Assembly: GCA_965222155.1 (NCBI GenBank)
Contig: CBDCTH010000012.1
Location: forward strand, 1,888,001 to 1,952,000
DNA: 64,000 nucleotides
Direction: 5' to 3'
Origin: Gammaproteobacteria bacterium
Lineage (GTDB): Bacteria > Pseudomonadota > Gammaproteobacteria > Eutrophobiales > Eutrophobiaceae
Shown piece after piece: positions 17,953 to 27,483 of this stretch. The notes beneath the pieces were generated by a model. The model worked only from the letters and a program-made list of their open reading frames with translations. It had not been told where the DNA came from and did not search any database. The position numbers and the translations under genes were made by a program. Numbering within the stretch: the first letter of the stretch is position 1; every line of letters starts with the position of its first letter.

Positions 17953-19605
17953 TCAACCCTGAGAGACCGGCCAGATGCCGCTTTTGCCCGGTGATAAAAT
18001 GCCATCCGGGTCAAGGGCCTGTTTCAGTCTATGGTGTAATTTCCATAGCGCCCCGTCGTTCCAGTTGTAGGTGCCGGCAATCTCGTCCATGAAATTAAGA
18101 TGGGTACGGTACTCACCATAACCCTGTTCGGCAAAATCATTAACCAGCAGGCCGAAACACTCATGGGCGCGGCGCCGTTCATCGTCATTCAGGCGATCAA
18201 AAACCAGTTGAAAGATATTCAGGAGTTCCCGCCATCCCACCAGGAACTCACCGATGTAATCGAACCCGTACTCATTCGCCCGATCTCTTATCAGTGTGAA
18301 CTGTTTCATGGAATCTTCGCCGGTGACAGGTGAACGCGGCGAGAAATCGATATGCGCGCCACTGCCTACCCAGTTCATTAAACTGAATTCGGTCATATTC
18401 GGTACGCCGCGCATAAGCTTGACCCGATAGCGCCAGGCCGGATCATTCGGCCGCTCCCCCTCAAAGAAAAATTTAGCGCCGGGGATGCTGCGAAAGGCCT
18501 CTTCCAGGACTTTCCAGTTGTTATCCATGATCGGTTCCGGTCCATACAGGGCGCCGTAAAAATTCCACATGCCGATGTCAAGATCTTCCGCCATCTTCTG
18601 ACGCTGGCGCATGGGCATGGGACCTTTACCGCTGTAATATTGCTTCCTGGTCGCCCTGGGGGCAGCTTCCCAGATCAGGCCCACGGTCGTCGCCGCATTG
18701 GGTATCAACATATTAAGGCGCAAGGGACCGACAACCTCAGTAATCCGGTAAAGATCTTCTTCGCGCGGGAAAGTCACCAGGTACGGCCGGTAACCGGGTG
18801 GCTCGGGCATCAACCAGATACCCACTTTGGTGATAATGCCGAAATTTGACTGGGTAAACATACCTTCCACCCAGGGCCCGCAGCCATACTTGTACAGGCC
18901 GGACGTAGCGGCGCCGGACAAGGCCCCCATACCGGTATCGACGACGGTGCCGTCGGCCAGTACCACCTGCATGCCGCAGTTCATCAGCAGGTGATCGCCA
19001 TAGGGCGTATAACCAGCGCCGTGCTCCGACAGGTTGCCCAGTACGCTGCCCCAGCCCGGGGCCGCAGGGTCTATCCATAATTTGCTGCCGCGCTGCTGCA
19101 GGTAATTATACAGTTCAAAATAGCTGACCCCCGGTTCAACCACGGCGTAACCGTGTTCCTCATTGACTTCGATAATGCGCTTCATGCGGTTCAAATCGAG
19201 AACGAAAAAACCGGGCTTGCGCGGCGCCGGACCGCCGTAGGCATAATTCTTGCCGGTGGAAACAGTCCAAAGGGGAATTTGATAATTGCGGGCAATGCCC
19301 AGGATGGCCTGAATTTCTTCAACGGTCCTGGGCGCAACCGCTGCGGACGGCATATTTGCCTCGTCCGGTAGCGTGGAATAGACATCCCGATACGTTCTCA
19401 GTTCCTGTTGTTCATCGGTAATCACCCACTCAGCACCGACGACCTGACGCAATTCCTCAACGGCCTGGTTGTACCCGGCAGGCGTCAGGGTCTCCGGCAG
19501 GGGTTTTCCTTGTGCTTCATCTGCTGCGGCTATCCCGCTACCGGCGGCCAGGGGCGCGCCGGCAGCCGCGAACGATGATTTCAGGAAAATTCGTCTGGAT
19601 AGCAT
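17953..19605 (-). CDS. Tat-exported VAO/eugenol-oxidase/PchF-family flavoprotein
   Basis: Tat motif SRRIFLK; GKNYAYGG, VEPGVSYF, GYTPYGDH, GAHIDFSP and GYGEYRTH. Confidence 0.92.
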   Translation of the reverse strand: MLSRRIFLKSSFAAAGAPLAAGSGIAAADEAQGKPLPETLTPAGYNQAVEELRQVVGAEWVITDEQQELRTYRDVYSTLPDEANMPSAAVAPRTVEEIQAILGIARNYQIPLWTVSTGKNYAYGGPAPRKPGFFVLDLNRMKRIIEVNEEHGYAVVEPGVSYFELYNYLQQRGSKLWIDPAAPGWGSVLGNLSEHGAGYTPYGDHLLMNCGMQVVLADGTVVDTGMGALSGAATSGLYKYGCGPWVEGMFTQSNFGIITKVGIWLMPEPPGYRPYLVTFPREEDLYRITEVVGPLRLNMLIPNAATTVGLIWEAAPRATRKQYYSGKGPMPMRQRQKMAEDLDIGMWNFYGALYGPEPIMDNNWKVLEEAFRSIPGAKFFFEGERPNDPAWRYRVKLMRGVPNMTEFSLMNWVGSGAHIDFSPRSPVTGEDSMKQFTLIRDRANEYGFDYIGEFLVGWRELLNIFQLVFDRLNDDERRRAHECFGLLVNDFAEQGYGEYRTHLNFMDEIAGTYNWNDGALWKLHHRLKQALDPDGILSPGKSGIWPVSQG

Positions 19606-19608
19606 GGG

Positions 19609-20361
19609 TCAGGAACTCTGGTCCAGGTTGAGTTTTAAATGTGAGCCGTCACACCAGGGCTTGGTTTTCGAGTACTTGCAACCGCACAGTGCAACGTGCT
19701 GGAAACCATCCAGTTTAAATTGCAGCGGCACGCGTCTTGTTTCCTTGTGGGAACCATCGCAGAACGGCTGATTTTGAGAACGACCGCAGGCGCACCAGTA
19801 ATACTCACCCTTGTCCAGGTTCATCAGGTAGGGTGAATTACGACTGCCATCAAGGAATTTGGCCTTTACCCAACCCTCGTTGTACGGACTCACCATGTTC
19901 AGCTTCAATTCCATGGATTGGAACAGCCAGCGTCCGTCCTGCTTGACGCACTGACAGTCGTAGGTACCGCCAATCCAGTGGGATTCAGCCTCGTCGGTGT
20001 GGGGGTTGGGTACGGTTGCCGATTCCCACAGGTACCAGAATACCGTGGCGCTGAGACCATCAGGGGCGATGTCGATAAGCGGAGAAATCATATAGTGTAA
20101 CGACCACCAGATTTTCTCACCGGCAATCCCGCGCAATCCCCTTGCCAGTTTATCCCGGCCATGGTATTTGCCGAACCCTTTGCATTCCCAGGTACCGTCT
20201 TCTGCAAAACAGGGGCCGATGATTTCCGGGTCATTGCCGCGATCACAACCCCTGGCATACGTTACTATCAGGCGTTGTAGCGCATCTACGTCTTCGAGAC
20301 GGCTCAGTTTGGCATCCAGTTTTTCCAGTAATCCCTTTATTTCCAGAAGATCATTGCTCAT
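19609..20361 (-). CDS. SnoaL/NTF2-like domain fused to two CDGSH [2Fe-2S] motifs
   Basis: N-terminal LSRLED...YARGCD...FAEDGTW...SLHY...GGTY...DGRWLF; C-terminal WCACGRSQNQPFCDGSH and LCGCKYSKTKPWCDGSH. Confidence 0.88.
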   Translation of the reverse strand: MSNDLLEIKGLLEKLDAKLSRLEDVDALQRLIVTYARGCDRGNDPEIIGPCFAEDGTWECKGFGKYHGRDKLARGLRGIAGEKIWWSLHYMISPLIDIAPDGLSATVFWYLWESATVPNPHTDEAESHWIGGTYDCQCVKQDGRWLFQSMELKLNMVSPYNEGWVKAKFLDGSRNSPYLMNLDKGEYYWCACGRSQNQPFCDGSHKETRRVPLQFKLDGFQHVALCGCKYSKTKPWCDGSHLKLNLDQSS

Positions 20362-20382
20362 ACCTGTCACCCAGGAGTCTGT

Positions 20383-20436
20383 TTAGACAACCGTCATTCC
20401 GGTTAGACAACCGTCATTCCGGCGGATGCCGGAATG
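20383..20436. repeat. 20-bp tandem duplication plus CGTC-type hairpin
   Basis: TTAGACAACCGTCATTCCGG occurs twice; the second copy runs into the hairpin CATTCCGGC-GGAT-GCCGGAATG. Confidence 0.8.
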
Positions 20437-20454
20437 AGGCGTAGTAATGAATTG

Positions 20455-21699
20455 TCAGGCTACCCGTTTCGTTTTTTGTTTGCGTCCCTCAAGCTCTGCC
20501 GCGTAAGCCTTGTAGCGGGTTATCAACCAGCGGTTGAATTGCGGCAAGGTTGCCTCTTTAGGGGCGTAACGCCCGCGCGGCGCAAAACGTGAACGCAGGC
20601 CCTTGTGAACGTTGGTGTTAGCGCCGGTATCCTGGTCATTCAACGTTTCCAGACCCATGACAACAGCCTTGAATATGATATCGAAATTATCCATCCGCAA
20701 TGTGGATTTAGGATAGACGAAACCGACCCGGATGGTCATGGCGTTGGCGCCCTGTGGCAGGATACAGTAATAAAAACAACCGTCAGGCACGCAGCCGAAA
20801 AACAGGTTGGGCAGGATACAGGCGAACATCACCCGCTTGCGTTCATTCTCGGTCAACCCCTCGATCACGGGAAACAGGCAACTGAAAGCAGAGGTAAAAT
20901 TACCGTCCAGCTCCAGGAACCCGGTAGGATGAAATATGGCGCCGTCATCGAAATCGTCCCATTCGGCGAACGTGGCCAGCTTGGAAGGAGCAAAATCGTG
21001 CGGTCCTTTGTGCAGATACCAGGTGTGATGAGGCTCAATGGCATTCTCGTGCATAAACTTCCAGTTCCACGGACTTGGTCCCCAGTCAACCGTAGGCACG
21101 CCTCCCATCTCTGCAAGGTGATGGTTTTCAATTTCCTTGCCGAGCCGTTTCAGACGGGGGGCAAGGGGTTTTGCGTTGCCGTCCATGTTGATGAAGATGA
21201 AACCGTTCCACACTTCGGTACGGAGTACGGGCAGGCAATATTTCTTCTGTAATTCACTCAGGCCGGCATGGGCGTCCATTTCCGGGGCGCTTACCAGCTT
21301 GCCCGTTTCATCATAGGACCAGCCATGGAATGGACAGGTAAAAACCCGGGTATTGCCTTTTTCCTCGCCCAGCAGGTGACCGCGGTGCCGGCACACGGCA
21401 GACATGACCCGCACGCCGCCGTCATCCCGCCGCTGCACCAGGAGAGGGTCTTCGTTGATCGTAATGGACACGTAATCGCCCGCCTGTGGTATCGTACCCA
21501 CGTGCCCCACACAGATCCATTCCCTGTCCCAGACTGCCCGCTTCTCGAATTCAAACCACTCTTCGGAGGTGTAGACTGCCGGCGGCATGCTAAGGCAATC
21601 CTTTAATTCAACATTGGATTCGTCAAGCTGTCCTAATATCTCACGCAGGTGATCGGTCAACCTGATATCAGGTAAGGTATGTGTGACATAATCGGTCAT
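20455..21699 (-). CDS. Rieske non-heme iron oxygenase alpha subunit
   Basis: Rieske motifs CRHRG and CPFHGW; mononuclear Fe motifs NWK...ENAIEPHHTWYLH and DQD. Confidence 0.93.
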   Translation of the reverse strand: MTDYVTHTLPDIRLTDHLREILGQLDESNVELKDCLSMPPAVYTSEEWFEFEKRAVWDREWICVGHVGTIPQAGDYVSITINEDPLLVQRRDDGGVRVMSAVCRHRGHLLGEEKGNTRVFTCPFHGWSYDETGKLVSAPEMDAHAGLSELQKKYCLPVLRTEVWNGFIFINMDGNAKPLAPRLKRLGKEIENHHLAEMGGVPTVDWGPSPWNWKFMHENAIEPHHTWYLHKGPHDFAPSKLATFAEWDDFDDGAIFHPTGFLELDGNFTSAFSCLFPVIEGLTENERKRVMFACILPNLFFGCVPDGCFYYCILPQGANAMTIRVGFVYPKSTLRMDNFDIIFKAVVMGLETLNDQDTGANTNVHKGLRSRFAPRGRYAPKEATLPQFNRWLITRYKAYAAELEGRKQKTKRVA

Positions 21700-21833
21700 G
21701 GCAATCCCCAGGCAGAAATGAGCCTATATCTGATTTATTATACAGTTGGTTTTATCCCTAATAATATACATTAAATCCATGTATATTGAAAAGATTGGCG
21801 ATATTTCTTTCAGTAATCAGGCAGGAGAAAATT

Positions 21834-22061
21834 ATGACCAGCATTACGGAAAAGAAAAAAATAATCAGTGATTTTATCAGGCAATGTAATGACTATGCCG
21901 ACGGTCAAATCAGGAAATACCAGGCCCGATTGGATAGCGTCGAAGATATGGAAGCCCTGGATATCGAGACAAAAATTTATCATTGGAAGGTCTACAGAGC
22001 GTTCAACGCCTATTCCATTGAAGAACTGAAAACCGACGAACTGGACCCCTGGTTTGATTAG
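21834..22061 (+). CDS. Hypothetical protein (75 aa)
   Basis: AGGAGA RBS before ATG 21834; natural helical composition. Confidence 0.7.
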   Translation: MTSITEKKKIISDFIRQCNDYADGQIRKYQARLDSVEDMEALDIETKIYHWKVYRAFNAYSIEELKTDELDPWFD

Positions 22062-22092
22062 TCACAGAGGGTGAAATACCCCCTCTGTGACT
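22060..22092. terminator. Hairpin between convergent genes
   Basis: Perfect 12-bp stem AGTCACAGAGGG / CCCTCTGTGACT. There is no poly-T tail, and it resembles the family C repeat ends. Confidence 0.5.
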
Positions 22093-22105
22093 GGATATAC
22101 TTGAC

Positions 22106-23530
22106 TCAGAGAGGTTCTGACAGGAAATCCCAGAAGACCAGGAAAAAGATTGTCGACAGTACCAGGGTCAGCAACATGGCCGGCGAGCCTTTCCTGAACC
22201 AGAGTCCGGGAGTGATACGCAGGCTGGGATCGTTCTCGATTCTTGCCAGGCGTTCCGAAATCGTCACAATGTACACGTTTGCGGTCGAACCGATATGGGT
22301 CCCGTTGCCGCCCATGCCCACGCCTATGGCCAGTCCCCACCATAGCGGTGTCACGTTAATGCCCACCGTCTCCATACTTAAAATAATCGGGATCATGGCT
22401 GCCGTGAAAGGAATGTTATCAATGGCTGCAGACAGAACCGCGCCAACCCACATCAGGATAATGGTCGCCATCAGCAGGTCCTGTTGTACAAAGGGTGTAA
22501 TAAACTGGCCAACGTACATGAGGAACTGGCTGTGCTCCACACCTCCCACCAGCATGAACAGTGAAATAAAGAACACCAGCAGGGTAATTTCGACGTGTTC
22601 AAACGTATGGTCCATGGTGATCTTGCGGGAGACGTACATCAGCGCCACCATGCCTACTGCCGCGACAAACCATGGGTCCCAGTGCAGTGCAGTGTGGAGC
22701 ATGAAGAGAATGACCATGAGCCCGAGGATGACGATAGAAGCGTTCCATACCCTCTTGTTTTTCACCTCTACCAAATAATCGGACACGTCTTCAGGTATCT
22801 GGGCAAGTTCCTCTTTGAACAGGTATTTCAGCAGGATCAGCACGCCTATCCAGGCAATGAGAACCGGTGGAAACATGTGGATAGCAAAATCGTTGAATGA
22901 GATATTTGCCGCGGAACCAATCATCAGGTTCGGGGGGTCGCCTACCAGGGTAGCGACACCACCTGTATCAGATAACAAGGCTGCCGCCAGCAGGAAGGGG
23001 ATCGGGGTAACCTTTTGCGCCCGGGCAATCAGGATGATAAGCGGACCAAATATAACCACCGTGGTCACGTTATCCAGCAACAGGGATAAAACGGTAACAC
23101 AGGTACCGGTCAATGCCAGTAATAGATACAAACGACCCTTACTGAAATTTGCGATCCGGTAGGCCAGCATATTGAAGCCGCCGGTGGGTATCATGATGGC
23201 AACTACCGTCATCATGGCGCCCAGCAGGAAGACAACGTTCCAGTCCACGGATTCGACTGCCAGCCCAGGCGAGTAAAATCCATAGAGTTGCCCTACAATC
23301 ACCATAACGACGGCGCCGCCTGCCGCCACTTTCATGCGTTCCAGACCATGTATCATTTCGGTGAATATGCCGACAAAAGTCAGCGCCAGCACGAGTGCCG
23401 ACACCAGCATCGCCTCACTGAACACTAATGGGGCATCGATACTTACAGACTGCCCGTGACCGGACTCGGCAAATGCCAGAATTGGAAACAATGCAACCGC
23501 CAAGACACTGAAAATGGTTCTTTTTATCAT
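22106..23530 (-). CDS. ArsB/NhaD/CitMHS (IT superfamily) transporter
   Basis: VDWNVVFLLGAMM, LLDNVTTV, GGVATLVGDPPN, SAAIDNIPF and GGNGTHIGSTAN. Confidence 0.9.
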   Translation of the reverse strand: MIKRTIFSVLAVALFPILAFAESGHGQSVSIDAPLVFSEAMLVSALVLALTFVGIFTEMIHGLERMKVAAGGAVVMVIVGQLYGFYSPGLAVESVDWNVVFLLGAMMTVVAIMIPTGGFNMLAYRIANFSKGRLYLLLALTGTCVTVLSLLLDNVTTVVIFGPLIILIARAQKVTPIPFLLAAALLSDTGGVATLVGDPPNLMIGSAANISFNDFAIHMFPPVLIAWIGVLILLKYLFKEELAQIPEDVSDYLVEVKNKRVWNASIVILGLMVILFMLHTALHWDPWFVAAVGMVALMYVSRKITMDHTFEHVEITLLVFFISLFMLVGGVEHSQFLMYVGQFITPFVQQDLLMATIILMWVGAVLSAAIDNIPFTAAMIPIILSMETVGINVTPLWWGLAIGVGMGGNGTHIGSTANVYIVTISERLARIENDPSLRITPGLWFRKGSPAMLLTLVLSTIFFLVFWDFLSEPL

Positions 23531-23676
23531 TATAACTTCCTGATTATTAATATAATTAAGCCAACTCTTACAGTTGCGACTGAGCAGATCACGGCATGGA
23601 CGGAGAGATTATAGTACCTGAAATTTATATAATCAATGTTACGCAATTATTACGTCGTTCTCGCTAATGAATATTT

Positions 23677-23893
23677 GGGGTCAGAGTAAAAATACCCTGG
23701 AATAAACCAGCAACGCCTGTCAGTGATTGTATTTTTACTCTGAACCCACAAATCCGCCAGGAGCGGATTTGCAAAGTACGTCCTGTACTTTGCCCTTGCA
23801 GGGCCAGTCTCGCTACGCTCGACTGTCCAAATCTGTTCCATACAGATTTGTGGACGTCCGAAGGACGCCCTATGTGCCAGGGAAGGCGCACAT
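23677..23893. repeat. Three-level nested palindromic repeats
   Basis: GGGGTCAGAGTAAAAATAC...GTATTTTTACTCTGAACCC is followed by an ACAAATC-type element (23748-23893), which contains a second, inverted ACAAATC-type element (23772-23851). Confidence 0.75.
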
Positions 23894-23935
23894 CAACTAT
23901 ACCGCAATATCCCGGTTAAGATATAATAGGTTCCC

Positions 23936-24562
23936 ATGATGACTGGGCAATCACTGAAAACAGGTCTCATGGTAACAGGCCTGGTTGTACTGGCAACCAT
24001 CTTCGGCGTGCTGACCGCAAAATACCAGCAGCAGGCGCAACCCGATATCCAGGGGTTGCTTTGGCCTGAACCGAAGACCCTGGCTCCGTTTACAGCCGTT
24101 GATCATGAAAGCAACCCGTTTACCCTGACTAATCTGCTGGGAAAGTGGTCGTTCCTGTTCTTCGGTTTCACGCACTGCCCCGATATATGCCCGGTCACGC
24201 TGGCAGCCATGGACAAAGTGCACAAGCAACTGGAGCAGACACAGAACGTACAAACCGTATTCGTTTCGGTTGACCCGGAACGGGATACGCCGGTGCGCCT
24301 GGATAAATACGTCACCTCTTTCAATCCGGAATTTATCGGCCTTGGGGGTTCGGTTGAACAGATTGCAAGTCTGACGGGCCAGATCGGCCTCCCCTATTTT
24401 CTGGATAAAGCGGAGAGGCAGGAAAACTATCTCGTGGACCACGGCACATCATTATTCCTGATTGATCCTCAGGGTCGGCTGGTGGCGATATTTTCCACTC
24501 CTCATGACAGCCGGAGCATCACTGACAGGTTTAACCGGATCCGTCATTTCATTGATGGTTAG
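23936..24562 (+). CDS. SCO/SenC family copper chaperone
   Basis: FFGFTHCPDICP, VSVDPERD and VDH. Confidence 0.93.
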   Translation: MMTGQSLKTGLMVTGLVVLATIFGVLTAKYQQQAQPDIQGLLWPEPKTLAPFTAVDHESNPFTLTNLLGKWSFLFFGFTHCPDICPVTLAAMDKVHKQLEQTQNVQTVFVSVDPERDTPVRLDKYVTSFNPEFIGLGGSVEQIASLTGQIGLPYFLDKAERQENYLVDHGTSLFLIDPQGRLVAIFSTPHDSRSITDRFNRIRHFIDG

Positions 24563-24619
24563 CCATCGTCCTGTTATTTTGGTCTTTCTGTTTCCCGTTA
24601 CTCCCAGGCAGGTGCGGAC

Positions 24620-25465
24620 ATGTGGAAGCTGATCAATATCTTCCTCCAATACGTCGTACCGCACCACCTGCTCTCCAGGTTGATGTACGGAGCAACCCGT
24701 TGTTCGTGGCGTCCCTGGAAAAATGCCCTGATTCGGCTATTCATCCATAAATATAACGTTGATATGAGCCTGGCAGAGAAATCTTCTGCGCATGAGTTTG
24801 AGACTTTCAACGATTTTTTCACTCGCAGCCTGAAACCTGGACTGCGACCCATATCCATGACAGACAACGGCCTGATCTCGCCCGTAGACGCCGGTATCAG
24901 CGCAGCAGGAACCCTTGAAGACAAGCAGATTTTCCAGGCTAAAGGCAAGGATTACTCACTTGCAGAACTGGTCAACGGAGACGAGGAACACGTCAGATAT
25001 TATCAAAATGGCAACTTCATTACACTTTACCTGTCCCCTCGGGATTACCATCGGGTACATATCCCCAGCGACGGAAAATTGCGCTATATGGCTTACATCC
25101 CCGGCCGGCTGTTTTCCGTCAACCCGACGAGTACGAATTACATTGATAAATTGTTTGCCCGGAATGAGCGTGTAATTACCACCTTTCAGTCAGCGACCGG
25201 CATGTTTTCCATTATTTTTATAGGTGCAATTTTCGTAGGTTCCGTGGAGACGGTATGGCATGGGCAAGTCACCCCTGCTGAAAAACGGGAATACTCCTGT
25301 TGGCATTATGATCCAGGCATGGTTTTCACACAGGGAGATGAAATCGGGCGCTTTAATATGGGCTCAACGGTGATCCTGCTGACGGAACCGAATAAAATCA
25401 ACTGGGCCGTGCCCGGCAAATGGGTGGCCATGGGTCAGCAAATAGCGGTGAGAAATGCGGGTTAG
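24620..25465 (+). CDS. psd: Phosphatidylserine decarboxylase
   Basis: FNDFFTR, SPVD, YLSPRDYHRVH, LFARNER and the GRFNMGST cleavage motif. Confidence 0.95.
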   Translation: MWKLINIFLQYVVPHHLLSRLMYGATRCSWRPWKNALIRLFIHKYNVDMSLAEKSSAHEFETFNDFFTRSLKPGLRPISMTDNGLISPVDAGISAAGTLEDKQIFQAKGKDYSLAELVNGDEEHVRYYQNGNFITLYLSPRDYHRVHIPSDGKLRYMAYIPGRLFSVNPTSTNYIDKLFARNERVITTFQSATGMFSIIFIGAIFVGSVETVWHGQVTPAEKREYSCWHYDPGMVFTQGDEIGRFNMGSTVILLTEPNKINWAVPGKWVAMGQQIAVRNAG

Positions 25466-25467
25466 TT

Positions 25468-25779
25468 CTAATTCGGTCTGTTGCTTCCCGATTTCTGCCC
25501 CTTGTAGATAAAGCCGGGGAAAGCAAAGACCACGAATAAAAAGAACGTGACTGCGTAGAACTCCCAATCCTGCGCATGGGTTTCTCCCTGCATTTTTTTC
25601 TCAACTCCCAGAGCCAGCAACCCCGCAAGAAAATACAGTATCAACCACTCAAGCAGACACATCCAGACCTTTTTTCTCTCCGGTCTGATAAACAGCAGGA
25701 AACGTCCATAAAACCAAGGGACGTTAGCCAGAAAAACAGTAACGATAATCAGCAGCCAGGTAAGATTACCCGCGGACAT
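25468..25779 (-). CDS. DUF2818 family membrane protein
   Basis: ANVPW, LLEWLILYF and QDWEFYAVTFFLFVVFAFPGF; usual position after nuoN. Confidence 0.85.
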   Translation of the reverse strand: MSAGNLTWLLIIVTVFLANVPWFYGRFLLFIRPERKKVWMCLLEWLILYFLAGLLALGVEKKMQGETHAQDWEFYAVTFFLFVVFAFPGFIYKGQKSGSNRPN

Positions 25780-25789
25780 CGGCAGGAGA

Positions 25790-26034
25790 TAACCCGGATT
25801 TCTCACCAGTTGATGCGATGATCGCGCTGGATTTTTGCCGCCAGCGGGTGCCTGCGACCGAAAGCATAGCCGTAGCTATGGTTGAGGAAGCACGTGCCCG
25901 CTGGCGGCAAAAAGACAAGCGAGGGCGCATCAAGCGCAGTCTGTTATGTCGATATAGTGAGCAGATTTTCATACCGTATTGACAGCAAACAAATATCCGA
26001 TGGCAACAAGCGGACTGGTGAGAAAACCGGGTTA
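25790..26034. mobile_element. ERIC-like MITE family B, copy 2
   Basis: TAACCCGGATTTCTCACCAGT / ACTGGTGAGAAAACCGGGTTA, TA-flanked. The right end forms the nuoN stop codon. Confidence 0.9.
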
Positions 26035-27483
26035 AAGGCCTAGAACCGTTGTGCAGATCCGTATGAGTTCTCCCGGGACAAAACCCAGTACCAGCACAGC
26101 CAGGCCGTTGAGGCTCACCATCACTCTCACTTGCCTGCTCGCTCCGATCTCCGGCCTGGTCTCCTGTTTATCAAAAAACATCAGCTTAACTATTCGTAAA
26201 TAATAATAGGCGCCTACCACTGAAAAGATAACCGCCAGAACCGCCAGCCAGATATAACCGATTGCGATGACTTCCTTGATGACGAACCACTTGGCCCAGA
26301 ACCCAAGGAACGGGGGAACGCCGGCCAGGGAGAACATGAACAACAACATGATGAAGGCAAACCAGGGACTGGACTCGGCAAGACCCTTGTAATCGTCCAG
26401 CTGATCGGCTTCATGCCCTTGGCGGCCTGATAATATGATGAAGCCGAAGGCGCCCATGCTCATGATGACGTAGGCAATAACGTAGAACAATGCACCGGCA
26501 TAACCGGCGCCCAGGCTTACCTGCAATCCCGGCAGAATACCCAGAATCAAGAACCCGGCATGAGCGATGGCGGAATATGCCAGCATACGTTTTATATTGG
26601 TCTGGGAGATAGCGATAATGTTCCCGACTGCCATGGACAGCAGGGACAGAATGATCAGCATTCCCTGCCAGTCGACGTGCAGGGGCAGCATTCCGTCAAT
26701 CAGCAGGCGTATCGCCATGGCGAATGCGGCTACTTTCGGCGCGCCGGCCAGGAACAGGGTGACTGCCGTCGGCGAGCCCTCATATACATCCGGCAGCCAG
26801 CTGTGAAAAGGTACTGCGCCCAGTTTGAAAGCGATTCCGACAACGACAAATACCAGTCCGAAGATGAATGCAATCCTGTTATCAGCCTGAGAGCTGATAT
26901 ACGTGGCAAGCTCCGGCAACACCAGCGTACCCGAGGCGCCATATAAAATCGAAATGCCGTATAACAGCAGGCCGGACGCCAGAGCCCCGAGGACAAAATA
27001 CTTCATGGCGGCCTCGGAGGCTGTCCCTGATTCCTTATTCATGGCAACCATGGCATATAAGGATAGGGACATGAGTTCCAGACCCAGGTAGACGGTCAAC
27101 ATGCTGTACGCTGATATCATGACCAGCATCCCCAACACGGCAAATAGCCCCAGTACGAAATATTCGCCCTGCAACAGCCCGCGCTCTTTGAAGTAATGGT
27201 ATGAGTACAGGAACACAACGATGGTTGCGGCACAAACAGTTACTTTGAGCAAAGCGCTCAACGGATCGAGAATGAAGTGATGGTGAAATACTGAGACGCT
27301 ATCACCCGGGCTCAGGTAAATCACAAGAAATATCACCACTGCCAGGGAAACCTGAGCCAGCCAGTAGGTCAGTAGCTTGTTTGGACTTGTTGAAAACGCA
27401 TCACATACCAGGACCAGGCAAGCAAGGCCCAACAACGCAAGTTCCGGGATAACAAACATGATTTCAGCAGTAATCGGCATCAT
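26032..27483 (-). CDS. nuoN: NADH-quinone oxidoreductase subunit N
   Basis: EAAMKYFVLGA, FKLGAVPFHSWLPDVYEG and KRMLAYS. Confidence 0.97.
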   Translation of the reverse strand: MMPITAEIMFVIPELALLGLACLVLVCDAFSTSPNKLLTYWLAQVSLAVVIFLVIYLSPGDSVSVFHHHFILDPLSALLKVTVCAATIVVFLYSYHYFKERGLLQGEYFVLGLFAVLGMLVMISAYSMLTVYLGLELMSLSLYAMVAMNKESGTASEAAMKYFVLGALASGLLLYGISILYGASGTLVLPELATYISSQADNRIAFIFGLVFVVVGIAFKLGAVPFHSWLPDVYEGSPTAVTLFLAGAPKVAAFAMAIRLLIDGMLPLHVDWQGMLIILSLLSMAVGNIIAISQTNIKRMLAYSAIAHAGFLILGILPGLQVSLGAGYAGALFYVIAYVIMSMGAFGFIILSGRQGHEADQLDDYKGLAESSPWFAFIMLLFMFSLAGVPPFLGFWAKWFVIKEVIAIGYIWLAVLAVIFSVVGAYYYLRIVKLMFFDKQETRPEIGASRQVRVMVSLNGLAVLVLGFVPGELIRICTTVLGL

